The notes: generated by a model not told the origin, from the sequence alone. A stretch of 64,000 nucleotides of DNA from Spirochaetia bacterium (GCA_965215345.1 CBDCDL010000001.1:845601-909600); one strand, 5' to 3'. Positions 47,360 to 55,419 are shown, numbered from the stretch's first letter. A program made the numbers and translations.

Positions 47360-48388
47360 ATGGCATTCACCGTGGCGGATGTGCGCGACTTGGTGCGACT
47401 CCTGGACGAACGACCGGAGTGGCGGGCCGAGGTCCGTCGTCAGGTGCTCAGCGACGAGTTTCTGGCCCTGCCGGAACAGGTCGCGGAGCAACGACGCGAC
47501 ATTCAGCGAATCGAGGGTCAGATCGCCGAGCAGCGACGCGACATTCAGCGAATCGAGGGTCAGATCGCCGAGCAGCGGCTCGAGACCGAGCGGCGCTTTC
47601 AGCGAGTCGAGGACCAGATAGCGAAGCATCGGCTCGAAACCGAGGCGCGTTTCGAGCAGGTCGAGAACCAGATCGCGGAGTTGCGGCTCGAAATGGAGCG
47701 GCGCTTTCAGCGGGTCGAGGATCAGATAGCGAAGCAGCGGCTCGAGACCGAGGCGCGTTTCGAGCAGGTCGAGAACCAGATCGCGGAGTTGCGGCTCGAA
47801 ACGGAGCGGCGCTTTCAGCGGGTCGAGGACCAGATGGCGAAGCAGCGGCTCGAGACCGAGGCGCGTTTCGAGCAGGTCGAGAACCAGATCTCGGCCCTGA
47901 CCCGGGTCGTCGACACCATCAGGAACGACGTTGGCGAACTGAAGGGCGACAGTCTGGAGCGTCGCTATCGGGAGAAGGCGACCGCCTATTTCGGCCGGTT
48001 GCTGCGGCGTACCCACGTCCTGACCGACGACGAATTGAACGAGATGCTCGACAAGGCGGTCGAGCAGGGCGTGCTCTCCGAAGACGAGTCGGACGAGGTG
48101 AGCTGGGCCGACGCCATCGTGCGCGGGCGGCGGCGCGGCGACCGTGCGGAGGTCATCGCGGTCGCGGAGATCTCGTGGGGCGTCGGATGCGGTGACGTGC
48201 AGCGTGCGCTACGCCGCGCCGAGCTGGTCGCCAGGATGGGCTTCACTGCCCTGCCGGTGGTCGGCGGCAAGTCGGTGACCAAAGAGGCGGGCGAGCTGGC
48301 CAGCGCGGTGGGCGTGTGGCAACTGTGCGACGGCAAGCTGGAAGCCCCCGACTCGGCCGTTCCCGGCACGGCCGCCGGGCGCGCATAG
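47360..48388 (+). CDS. coiled-coil repeat protein with a conserved uncharacterised C-terminal alpha/beta domain
   Basis: 342 aa (alternative ATG at 47339). Residues about 42-177 are 14- and 18-aa heptad-like repeats. The C-terminus, LKGDSLERRYREKATAYFGRLLRR...ADAIVRG...VIAVAEISWGVGCGDVQRALRRAELV...ALPVVGG, resembles a hypothetical-protein family I recall from cyanobacteria and Chloroflexi. Confidence 0.7.
   Translation: MAFTVADVRDLVRLLDERPEWRAEVRRQVLSDEFLALPEQVAEQRRDIQRIEGQIAEQRRDIQRIEGQIAEQRLETERRFQRVEDQIAKHRLETEARFEQVENQIAELRLEMERRFQRVEDQIAKQRLETEARFEQVENQIAELRLETERRFQRVEDQMAKQRLETEARFEQVENQISALTRVVDTIRNDVGELKGDSLERRYREKATAYFGRLLRRTHVLTDDELNEMLDKAVEQGVLSEDESDEVSWADAIVRGRRRGDRAEVIAVAEISWGVGCGDVQRALRRAELVARMGFTALPVVGGKSVTKEAGELASAVGVWQLCDGKLEAPDSAVPGTAAGRA
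47483..47890 (+). repeat. in-frame tandem repeat array: 2 x 42 nt followed by 6 x 54 nt (3 x 108-nt super-repeats)
   Basis: Read directly from the sequence. The 42-nt units are at 47483 and 47525. The 54-nt units start at 47567, 47621, 47675, 47729, 47783 and 47837. Units 47729-47782 and 47837-47890 are identical. Confidence 0.9.
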
Positions 48389-48399
48389 CCGACGGGAGC

Positions 48400-49698
48400 A
48401 TGCCCACCATAGCCCTGATCGGGGCCGGCAGCGTCGTGTTCGCCCAGAAGCTCATCAGCGACATCCTGCAGCGCGACGGCATCGGGACGCCCGAGTTCCG
48501 CCTGATGGACATCGACGCGGAACGCCTGCGGATCGCCGGCATCGCCGCCGGGAAGACCGCCCGCTCGCTGGACAAACCGGCCGTCATCCGCACCACTCCG
48601 GATCAGCGTGAGGCGATCCGGGACGCCAACTACGTGATCTGCTGCGTGCAGATCGGCGACACGGAGACCATCAACCAGGACTTCGAGATTCCGGCCCGCT
48701 ACGGGCTGCGCCAGACCATCGCCGACACGCTCGGCATCGGCGGCATCTTCCGCGCGCTGCGCACTTACCCGGTGATGATGGATCTGGTCGAGAACATCAC
48801 CACCGTCGGCGCTCCGCGCTGCCTGCTGCTCAATTACACCAACCCGATGGCGATGAACATGCTGGCCCTGCTGCGCGCCGCCGACATCCCCGCGGTCGGT
48901 CTCTGCCACAGCGTGCAGGGCACGGCCGCCAAGCTCGCCGGCATCGCGGGCGTCGCCGAGGAAGAGGTGCGCTTCCGCTGCGCGGGGGTCAACCACATGG
49001 CCTTCTACACCGAGTTCCGCACCGCCGAGCGCGACCTGTACCCGGTGCTGTTCGAGCGCCTGCGCGGCGATCCGGACGGACTGGGCCGCACCGTGCGCTT
49101 CGAGATGCTGAAGCGCACCGGCTACTTCGTGACCGAGAGCTCCGAGCACCAAGCCGAGTACACGCCGTACTTCATCCACCACGGCGGCGGGATGATCGAC
49201 CGTTACCGGGTGCCGCTGGACGAGCTGATCCGCCGCCGCACCATCCAGGTGGCCGAGTGGGAGCAGCAGCAGCGGGAGTTCTCCGACCCCGATCACGAGG
49301 TGGACACCAAGCCGTTGAGCCACGAGTACGGTTCGGCGATCATCGAGGCGATCGAGACCGGCGTGCCGGCCACCATCCACGGCAACGTGCTGAACCACGG
49401 GCTGATCGACAACCTGCCGGCGGATGCCTGCGTGGAGGTGGCCTGCCACGTGGACGGCGCCGGCTTGGCGCCGGTGGCGTTCGGCCGCCTGCCGACCGTG
49501 CTTGCCGGCATCGTCGGCAGCAATGTGGCGGTGCAGCTCGCCACCGTGGAGGCGGCGGAGTCACGGCGGCGGGAGGCGGTCTACCACGCCGCCATGCTCG
49601 ATCCGCACACCGCCGCCACCCTCACCCTGGACCAGATCTGGCAGGTGTGCGACGACATGTTCGAGGCGCAGGCGCCCCTGCTGCCGGCCTTCGACTGA
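48400..49698 (+). CDS. GH4 family NAD+/Mn2+-dependent glycosidase (alpha-galactosidase/alpha-glucosidase type)
   Basis: ATG at 48400 after GGGAG. IALIGAGSVVFA, NYTNPMAMN and GLCHSVQGT blocks. Confidence 0.88.
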   Translation: MPTIALIGAGSVVFAQKLISDILQRDGIGTPEFRLMDIDAERLRIAGIAAGKTARSLDKPAVIRTTPDQREAIRDANYVICCVQIGDTETINQDFEIPARYGLRQTIADTLGIGGIFRALRTYPVMMDLVENITTVGAPRCLLLNYTNPMAMNMLALLRAADIPAVGLCHSVQGTAAKLAGIAGVAEEEVRFRCAGVNHMAFYTEFRTAERDLYPVLFERLRGDPDGLGRTVRFEMLKRTGYFVTESSEHQAEYTPYFIHHGGGMIDRYRVPLDELIRRRTIQVAEWEQQQREFSDPDHEVDTKPLSHEYGSAIIEAIETGVPATIHGNVLNHGLIDNLPADACVEVACHVDGAGLAPVAFGRLPTVLAGIVGSNVAVQLATVEAAESRRREAVYHAAMLDPHTAATLTLDQIWQVCDDMFEAQAPLLPAFD

Positions 49699-49714
49699 GG
49701 AGCCGCGAAGGTCA

Positions 49715-49971
49715 GGTGCATGATGCGCGGGCAGCGCAGGAGCGGATCGCTGCTGTCGGGCTCGGGGTCCCAGTGGTCCGGGATCGGCGTGCCGGCCGCG
49801 GTGATCTCCGCGAACCGTTCGGTGCACTCGGCGATCTCCTCGCGCTCCCACATCCCGCGCGCCACCAGGAAACCGTCCGTCCGCCACCGCGCCAGTTCCT
49901 TGGCGCTCACGGGTGCTGCCGTCATGGCTCGACCGTACTCTGCCACGGCGCTCGCCGACCTCCAAGGGCGA
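49715..49971 (-). repeat. direct repeat copy A (PhyH leader plus first 70 codons)
   Basis: Aligns by eye with 55075-55332 in the same orientation, at roughly 85% identity. Confidence 0.75.
49716..49925 (-). pseudogene. 5' fragment (70 codons) of a PhyH dioxygenase gene, truncated
   Basis: MTAAPVSAKELARWRTDGFLVARGMWEREE...PLLRCPRIMH parallels residues 1-70 of the intact gene at 54401..55288. Similarity ends abruptly 17 nt from the GH4 stop codon. Confidence 0.65.
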
Positions 49972-50469
49972 CATCGCTCACGACATGCCCGCGCCACGCA
50001 CACGGGCTGGCGCGCGATGCGCGAGGTGCGGAAAGCGCCAGCAGACCGAGCAGTTCGACATTCGCTGCCGGCCACGGCGGCTGATCCTCGGAGGCAGGCG
50101 AGGCGCCGCCCGCTACAAAAGCTGGATGGAGGGCTCGATCGACGGTCCGCCCTGCATAAGCGTGCGGCCATCCGGACCGACTACTATGCAGATGTACCCC
50201 TATTGTGAACTGCCTGTAGCGATGCTATCTCATCCCCTGCAAGACAAGAGCCCGCATGTCGGGTCTCCTGCGGAATACAAGAGCCTCATATGCCCTGCGA
50301 GGTAGCTCCCCGTCGGCCGAGGTAAACCTCTATGGTGGTAGTCCATGCGGCAACAATAGGGCGCCACTCGATCAAGTCGGCTGTTCTAGTAATATTGCGG
50401 CTACTAAGCTGATGTCAGCAGGCGGCAAGTGCTCTAGCGGACCGAGTGGCACGGGAATCTGTGGTTGGT

Positions 50470-50477
50470 GTCGAGAG
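50470..50477 (+). repeat. target-site duplication GTCGAGAG, left copy
   Basis: Identical 8-mer at 52925-52932 immediately outside the right IS end. The last G could alternatively be the first base of the IS inverted repeat. Confidence 0.7.
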
Positions 50478-50548
50478 TAAGCGTCCGCTGAACCCCACCT
50501 TACGAGAAGGATAGGAACGGGCGATCGTCCCGGTAGGAGGGACGAACG

Positions 50549-50866
50549 ATGCAGCAAGGACGCGAGTACTGGAGCCGGCATGTGGAAACGTGGCGGGGCA
50601 GCGGGCTGACGAAGAAGGCGTACTGCGAGCAGCACGGGGTGCCGTACTGGTCGCTGTGCCGTTGGGCGGGCAAGCTGTCGCCGTCGCAGCAGCCGCAGCC
50701 GCCGGGGCAACGGTTGGTGGAACTGGAGCCGATGGGCGGCGGGAACGTCGAGCAGGGGGCGGCCATCGAATTGGTGGTGGGCGAGCGGTACGTGCTGAGG
50801 CTGAGGCCGAATCTGCGTGCGGACCATCTGCGCGAGGTGCTGGCGGTGCTGGAGAGCCTGAGATGA
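50549..50866 (+). CDS. tnpA: IS66 family accessory protein TnpA (orf1)
   Basis: 105 aa. YWSRHVETWRGSGLTKKAYCEQHGVPYWSLCRW is an HTH-like IS66 orf1 pattern. The stop overlaps the tnpB ATG (ATGA). Confidence 0.82.
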   Translation: MQQGREYWSRHVETWRGSGLTKKAYCEQHGVPYWSLCRWAGKLSPSQQPQPPGQRLVELEPMGGGNVEQGAAIELVVGERYVLRLRPNLRADHLREVLAVLESLR

Positions 50867-51216
50867 TTCATCTGCAACTGGGCACGGCGCGGATCTTCGT
50901 ACGGCCGGGGGCGACCGACCTGCGCAAGCAGATCAACGGGCTGGTGCTTGAGGTGCAGGAGCAGATGCAGCTGAGTCCGTTCGAGGCGGCGCTGTTCGTA
51001 TTCTGCAACGCGCAGCGGCGGGTCCTGAAGGCGGTGTACTGGGACCGCACGGGATTCTGTCTGTGGATGAAGCGGCTGGAGAAAGGGCGTTTTCCGTGGC
51101 CGCGAACGGCGGCTGAGGCGCGCCGGGAGATCGATGTCAAGCAGCTTCGGATGCTGCTGACCGGCATCGATTTCTGGCACGAACACGCGGAGCTTCGGTA
51201 CCGGGAAATCGCCTGA
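50863..51216 (+). CDS. tnpB: IS66 family accessory protein TnpB (orf2)
   Basis: 117 aa. RIFVRPGATDLRKQINGLVLEVQEQM...FVFCNAQRRVLKAVYWDRTGFCLWMKRLEKGRFPWP is the highly conserved IS66 Orf2 signature. Confidence 0.9.
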   Translation: MIHLQLGTARIFVRPGATDLRKQINGLVLEVQEQMQLSPFEAALFVFCNAQRRVLKAVYWDRTGFCLWMKRLEKGRFPWPRTAAEARREIDVKQLRMLLTGIDFWHEHAELRYREIA

Positions 51217-51259
51217 AAGGGGTTGACATGTTCGGCGTATTTCGTGCTATGGTATCGAT

Positions 51260-52900
51260 ATGTCCAGCGCTCTACCGGTCGCCGAACAACGCGATGCGTT
51301 GCGCGAAGAGAATCGCCGTCTGATCCTGGAGAAGGACGAGCTGACGGCGAAAAACGGTGAGCTGGACACGAAACTCCGAGCACTGAACAAGAAGCTGGAT
51401 CTCTACGAAGAGCAGGTGGCGTGGTTCAAGAACAAGCTGTACGGCCGCAGCAGCGAACAACTCACCGCCGCCGAGCTGCAGCAGATCCGGCTGTTCGATG
51501 AGGTCGAACACGCCGCCGACACCGACCCCCCAGAGGACCAAGCGCCCGCTGAGCCGCCCCCGGATGAGGCGACCGCCGAAGTGCTTGAGCGAACCCGCCG
51601 TCGCCCGCGGCGCAGACCGCTGCCGCAGGCGCTGCCGCGCGTCGAGCAGGTCATCGACCTGACCGAGCAGGACAAGCAGTGTGAGTGCGGCCACCGCTTG
51701 GTGCGCATCGGCGAGGACACCTCCGAGAAGCTCGACGTGATCCCGCCGCAGGTGCAGGTGATCCGCACGGTGCGGCCCAAGTACGCCTGCCATCACTGCG
51801 AGGGCTCCGGCGACGAAGGGCATCCGGCGGTCCGGGTGGCGCCGCCGCCAGCGGCGCTGATCCCGAAGGGCCTGGCCTCGGAGGGGCTGCTGGCGTTCAT
51901 CGCCACGGCGAAGTTCTGCGACGCGCTGCCGCTGTATCGGCAGGAGCGGCAGTTCGCGCGCCTTGGAGTCGAGTTGTCGCGGCGCACGATGTCGGACTGG
52001 ATGATCGCGGCCGCCGGCGCCTGCCAGCCGTTGATGGCGGCGTTGCTCGACAAGCTGCGCAGTGGGCCGACGCTGCAGATCGACGAGACCACCGTGCAGG
52101 TGCTCAAGGAGCACGAGCGCGCCAACACCGATCTCAGCTACGTGTGGGTGGCCCGCGGCGGCCCGCCTGATGAGCCGGTGCTGGTCTATCGCTATGAGCC
52201 CAGCCGCGCCGCGCGGGTGGCCTTCCAGATCATCGACGACTACCAAGGCTACGTGCAGACCGACGGCTACGACGGCTACACGCGTCCGTGCGCGCAGCCC
52301 GGCATCGTGCACGTGGGCTGTTGGGCGCACGTGCGCCGAGCGTTCAAAGAGGCCGCCGACGCGCTGGGCAAGGTGTCCGGCCGCGTCGGAGCGGCGCTGC
52401 AAGCGCTGGGGTTCATCGCCAAGCTGTACCGCGCCGAGGCGCAGCTAGCGAAGCACCGCAAGGAGGATCCGGCGGGGTTCGTGGCCGCGCGGCGCGCACA
52501 GGTACAGCCGGTGCTCGACACGTTCCACCGCTGGCTGCAGGACAAACGCGATCAGGTGCTGCCCGGCTCGGCGCTCGGCAAGGCGGTCGCCTTCGCGCTC
52601 GGTGAGTGGCCGAAGCTGATCCGCTATCTGGAACACCCGCAGCTCACGCCGGACAACAACGCCTGCGAGCAGGCGATCCGGCCGTTCGTGGTGGGCCGCA
52701 AGAACTGGCTGTTCTCTGGAAGCCCGCGCGGAGCGGCGGCGAGCGCGATCCTGTACAGCCTGATCGAGACCGCCAAGGCCAACCGCCGCGAGCCGTACTG
52801 GTATCTGCGCGAGCTGTTCGAGAAGCTGCCCCATGCGCGCACCCGCGCTGACTACCTTACACTCCTGCCCACTGCACGTCCGCCGCCGCCGGCTTCATAG
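51260..52900 (+). CDS. tnpC: IS66 family transposase TnpC
   Basis: 546 aa with an N-terminal leucine-zipper region, a CxxC...CxxC zinc-ribbon (CECGH...CHHCEG), DETTVQVL and GCWAHVRRAF DDE-region blocks. Confidence 0.92.
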   Translation: MSSALPVAEQRDALREENRRLILEKDELTAKNGELDTKLRALNKKLDLYEEQVAWFKNKLYGRSSEQLTAAELQQIRLFDEVEHAADTDPPEDQAPAEPPPDEATAEVLERTRRRPRRRPLPQALPRVEQVIDLTEQDKQCECGHRLVRIGEDTSEKLDVIPPQVQVIRTVRPKYACHHCEGSGDEGHPAVRVAPPPAALIPKGLASEGLLAFIATAKFCDALPLYRQERQFARLGVELSRRTMSDWMIAAAGACQPLMAALLDKLRSGPTLQIDETTVQVLKEHERANTDLSYVWVARGGPPDEPVLVYRYEPSRAARVAFQIIDDYQGYVQTDGYDGYTRPCAQPGIVHVGCWAHVRRAFKEAADALGKVSGRVGAALQALGFIAKLYRAEAQLAKHRKEDPAGFVAARRAQVQPVLDTFHRWLQDKRDQVLPGSALGKAVAFALGEWPKLIRYLEHPQLTPDNNACEQAIRPFVVGRKNWLFSGSPRGAAASAILYSLIETAKANRREPYWYLRELFEKLPHARTRADYLTLLPTARPPPPAS

Positions 52901-52924
52901 AGACTGGTTTCGCCGGTCGCTTAC

Positions 52925-52932
52925 GTCGAGAG
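52925..52932 (+). repeat. target-site duplication GTCGAGAG, right copy
   Basis: See the left copy at 50470-50477. Confidence 0.7.
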
Positions 52933-53292
52933 AGAAAAACGTATTGGATATGTGTCTCAGGGAGTAGTGCGCGGATTCCCACGCGCCCTCGATGCGCCGC
53001 ACTATCTGTTCATCGACGATCGCTCGTCTCGGCACGCCGCTCAGAGCTCTCCCACGTATCGAACGAGTCTCAGGGGACGTTCGCAGTTGGGTGCTGTAGC
53101 TGCGACGGCACTTGGCCGTCGGCGTAGCGCTGCCGATGGGTACGCTCCCACTCCTGCGCCTCATGGCATGTCCGGCGGGCTGAGGCACTGCAAGAAGATC
53201 GCGCCACCATCAGCAAACACTCCACGGCAACCTGAGATTCTCCGTGCGGCTGTCGTACACGACGGGATGAGGGTCGACCGGAGCTTCGCTAG

Positions 53293-54348
53293 TCACCGTT
53301 CCGGTTGATAGTCGAGGTACCGATCTGATTGCGACAGAGACTCGTCCAGCAGCACCAGCGGCCCGACCTCATCGATCTCGCCCTGAGACACCACTACACC
53401 GTCCTCGCCCTGAGACAGGGCAAAGTAACGTTGCTCGACCTTCGTATATTCCGCATCGTTGCGGAGGAGGTCGAATTCTCTCATCAGGAACAAACTGTGT
53501 GTGGCGACGAATATCTGCATTCCTTCGGAACATACGCCGAGGATGGCTTTTGCTACCTCGCGGACCAACTTCGGGTTCAGGTTGGCTTCAGGTTCGTCCC
53601 AGAACAGACAGCTTCCGTTCAGCAGTGATCCTGTGGCGATCAACCTCACCAGCGTGGCGATCTTGCTCCATCCTTCAGCAACCAGCGGCACTTCCATATT
53701 CCCTGTTCCCGGAGATCGCAGATAAAAGCGCCCGTTGGGGTCAAGTACCACTTTGCCGATTTGCTCCTCGAGCGGTGCGAGCAGACGCGCGACCGTCTGC
53801 TCCCGAGGTCCCCTGAGCGTGGGAGAGCCGAGCAGAAGGCAGGTGTCGCGCCATGTCTCTTCGAACTCCAGGTGACGGGTAGCATAGAGCGACACGGATC
53901 CAGGGTAGATCGTCAGCAATTCGCGCGTGGGCAGGTAGACGGGAGCAGCTTCGAGCCAACGTGACGGGCAGAGGTCGACTTCGACCTCCGACCTGTTCTG
54001 GGTGGCGAAGTTGAAGGCCAGCGACGTTTGCGGGTCGTGGAAACGCACTTCCACTGCGCACCGCCGGCGACCCGGCGCACGCCGTGTCAAACGGCCGAGG
54101 GACTCAGGGCGAAACACGCCGATGAGTTTTTCAGCCAAGCGCCCTCTGAGCAGTGCTTTGGTAGGCTCCCGCGGGTTCGACCTCCGGCTCTCCTCGGCAA
54201 TCACCGCCATCACCGTGTAGGGGAGCTTGAGTAACTGCGTTTTTCCCAATCCGTTTTCGCCGACGATGACGTTGAGTCCCGCGCAGAAACTCAGTTCCGC
54301 TTCCTTGAATGCCATGAAGTTCTTGACGTTCAGAGTCTTCAACATCAT
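53293..54348 (-). CDS. orphan ABC-type (AAA_15/AAA_21-like) ATPase in low-GC DNA
   Basis: 351 aa with Walker A GENGLGKTQ, Walker B/D-loop CLFWDEPEANLNP and H-loop VATHSLFLM. G+C is about 57% by eye. Confidence 0.8.
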   Translation of the reverse strand: MMLKTLNVKNFMAFKEAELSFCAGLNVIVGENGLGKTQLLKLPYTVMAVIAEESRRSNPREPTKALLRGRLAEKLIGVFRPESLGRLTRRAPGRRRCAVEVRFHDPQTSLAFNFATQNRSEVEVDLCPSRWLEAAPVYLPTRELLTIYPGSVSLYATRHLEFEETWRDTCLLLGSPTLRGPREQTVARLLAPLEEQIGKVVLDPNGRFYLRSPGTGNMEVPLVAEGWSKIATLVRLIATGSLLNGSCLFWDEPEANLNPKLVREVAKAILGVCSEGMQIFVATHSLFLMREFDLLRNDAEYTKVEQRYFALSQGEDGVVVSQGEIDEVGPLVLLDESLSQSDRYLDYQPER

Positions 54349-54400
54349 CTATCCACTCTCGACCCGCAGGAGTCAGGCCACGTCAGGGCCGCCGGTCGAA

Positions 54401-55288
54401 TCAGCCTGCCGCGTCTCCGGTCTGCAGGACGCTTCCGACCGCCGCCGAGCGGAGCCCGAGCCGCTGTACCTCCTCCCAGCTCCACGGCGCGTACCCGTCG
54501 CCGAACGCAGTGCCGCACGGCCCGCCGCCGGTCGCGTCGTCGAAGCGGTGCTCGCGCCCGTCGAAGCGCAGTGCGGGGCGGTAGTGCCCGGACATCTCGC
54601 GGAAACTCGCCGGCACGTAGTGGCAGATGAAGCTGCGCCGCCACTCGTGGTCGGAGCCGTTCGGTCGTGAGCCGTGCACGATGCTGCCGCCGAAGAACAG
54701 CACGTCCCCCGGGTCGAGCTCGACGGGCACCGGCGTGATCCCGGCGGGAGGCCGTACGAAGTGGGTGGTGAAGCTCTCCTCCGGGTCAGCCACCTCCGGG
54801 CACGCCACCTCCATCGTGTGCGTGCCCGGGCAGACGTACAGGCCGCCGTTCTCGGGGACGGAGCGGTCCACCGCCGTCCACGCCGCGATGCAGGTGTGCG
54901 GCCGCACGCGCAGGTAGTAGTTGTCCTGGTGCAGCGCCTGGCCCTTGGAGCCGGGCGGCTTGAAGTAGAACATCGACTGGGCGGCGATCGGCTCCTCGCC
55001 CATCAGCGCGGCCAGCACCGCCTCGATCCGCGCGTCGAGCAGCATGCGGAGCGCCAACTCGTCGAACCGATGGGGGTGCATGATGCGCGGGCAGCGCAGG
55101 AGCGGATCGTCGCTGTCCGGGTCGGGGTCCCAGTGCCCGGGGATCGGGGTGCCGGCAGCGGTGACCTCCGCGAACCGCTCGGCGCAGGCGGCGACCTCGC
55201 TGCGCTCCCACAGCCCGCGCACCACCAGAAAACCGTCGGCCCGCCACCGGGCCAGTTCCTTGGCGCTCACGGATGCCGCCGTGGTCAT
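54401..55288 (-). CDS. PhyH family Fe(II)/2-oxoglutarate dioxygenase (intact)
   Basis: ATG at 55288. 295 aa with FLVVRGLW, ALHQDNYY (HxD) and FFGGSIVHGSRPN. Confidence 0.85.
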   Translation of the reverse strand: MTTAASVSAKELARWRADGFLVVRGLWERSEVAACAERFAEVTAAGTPIPGHWDPDPDSDDPLLRCPRIMHPHRFDELALRMLLDARIEAVLAALMGEEPIAAQSMFYFKPPGSKGQALHQDNYYLRVRPHTCIAAWTAVDRSVPENGGLYVCPGTHTMEVACPEVADPEESFTTHFVRPPAGITPVPVELDPGDVLFFGGSIVHGSRPNGSDHEWRRSFICHYVPASFREMSGHYRPALRFDGREHRFDDATGGGPCGTAFGDGYAPWSWEEVQRLGLRSAAVGSVLQTGDAAG

Positions 55289-55332
55289 CGCCCGATTACT
55301 CTGGCACAGCCTCAGGCGACCTCCAAGGGCGA
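55075..55332 (-). repeat. direct repeat copy B (PhyH leader plus first 70 codons)
   Basis: See copy A at 49715-49971. Confidence 0.75.
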
Positions 55333-55390
55333 TCGGGGGTGACCGGGACATCCACCTTCGAGGATCGAGGGCTGTCGGCAGGACATGCCA

Positions 55391-55412
55391 TCATGGAGTG
55401 ATGTCATGGAGT
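55391..55412 (+). promoter_or_regulatory. direct repeat TCATGGAGT-N4-TCATGGAGT just upstream of vapB (candidate operator)
   Basis: Two identical 9-mers at 55391-55399 and 55404-55412, ending 8 nt before the antitoxin ATG. RHH antitoxins commonly autoregulate through repeated sites. Confidence 0.3.
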
Positions 55413-55419
55413 CACGGCA

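Larger units (their letters stand above)
50477..52924 (+). mobile_element. IS66-family insertion sequence, apparently intact (about 2.45 kb)
   Basis: Terminal inverted repeats GTAAGCGTCCGCTGAACCCC (left) and GTAAGCGACCGGCGAAACCA (right, reverse complement) match at 15/20. The GTAAGCG terminus is characteristic of IS66. The three-ORF tnpA-tnpB-tnpC organisation is present, flanked by an 8-bp direct repeat. Confidence 0.85.

Noticed and set aside
47483-47890. Possible CRISPR array, given the regular tandem repeats
   Set aside because: The units abut without unique spacers. They are 42/54 nt in phase with an open reading frame encoding heptad-like coiled coil, and there are no cas genes nearby.
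50230-50300. Group II intron domain V-like or other ribozyme element (AAGAGCCCGCATG...TGCGG)
   Set aside because: The flanking bases do not form the required GAGC/GYUC closing stem. There is no GUGYG 5' end and no reverse transcriptase ORF. It was kept only as part of the unexplained low-GC segment.
52895-53308. ORFs 52895..53188 (-) and 52952..53308 (+) as genes
   Set aside because: Their composition is Arg/Ser/Pro-rich and motif-free, they overlap each other, and one runs across the IS66 end. They were treated as fragments of decayed sequence rather than annotated as CDS.
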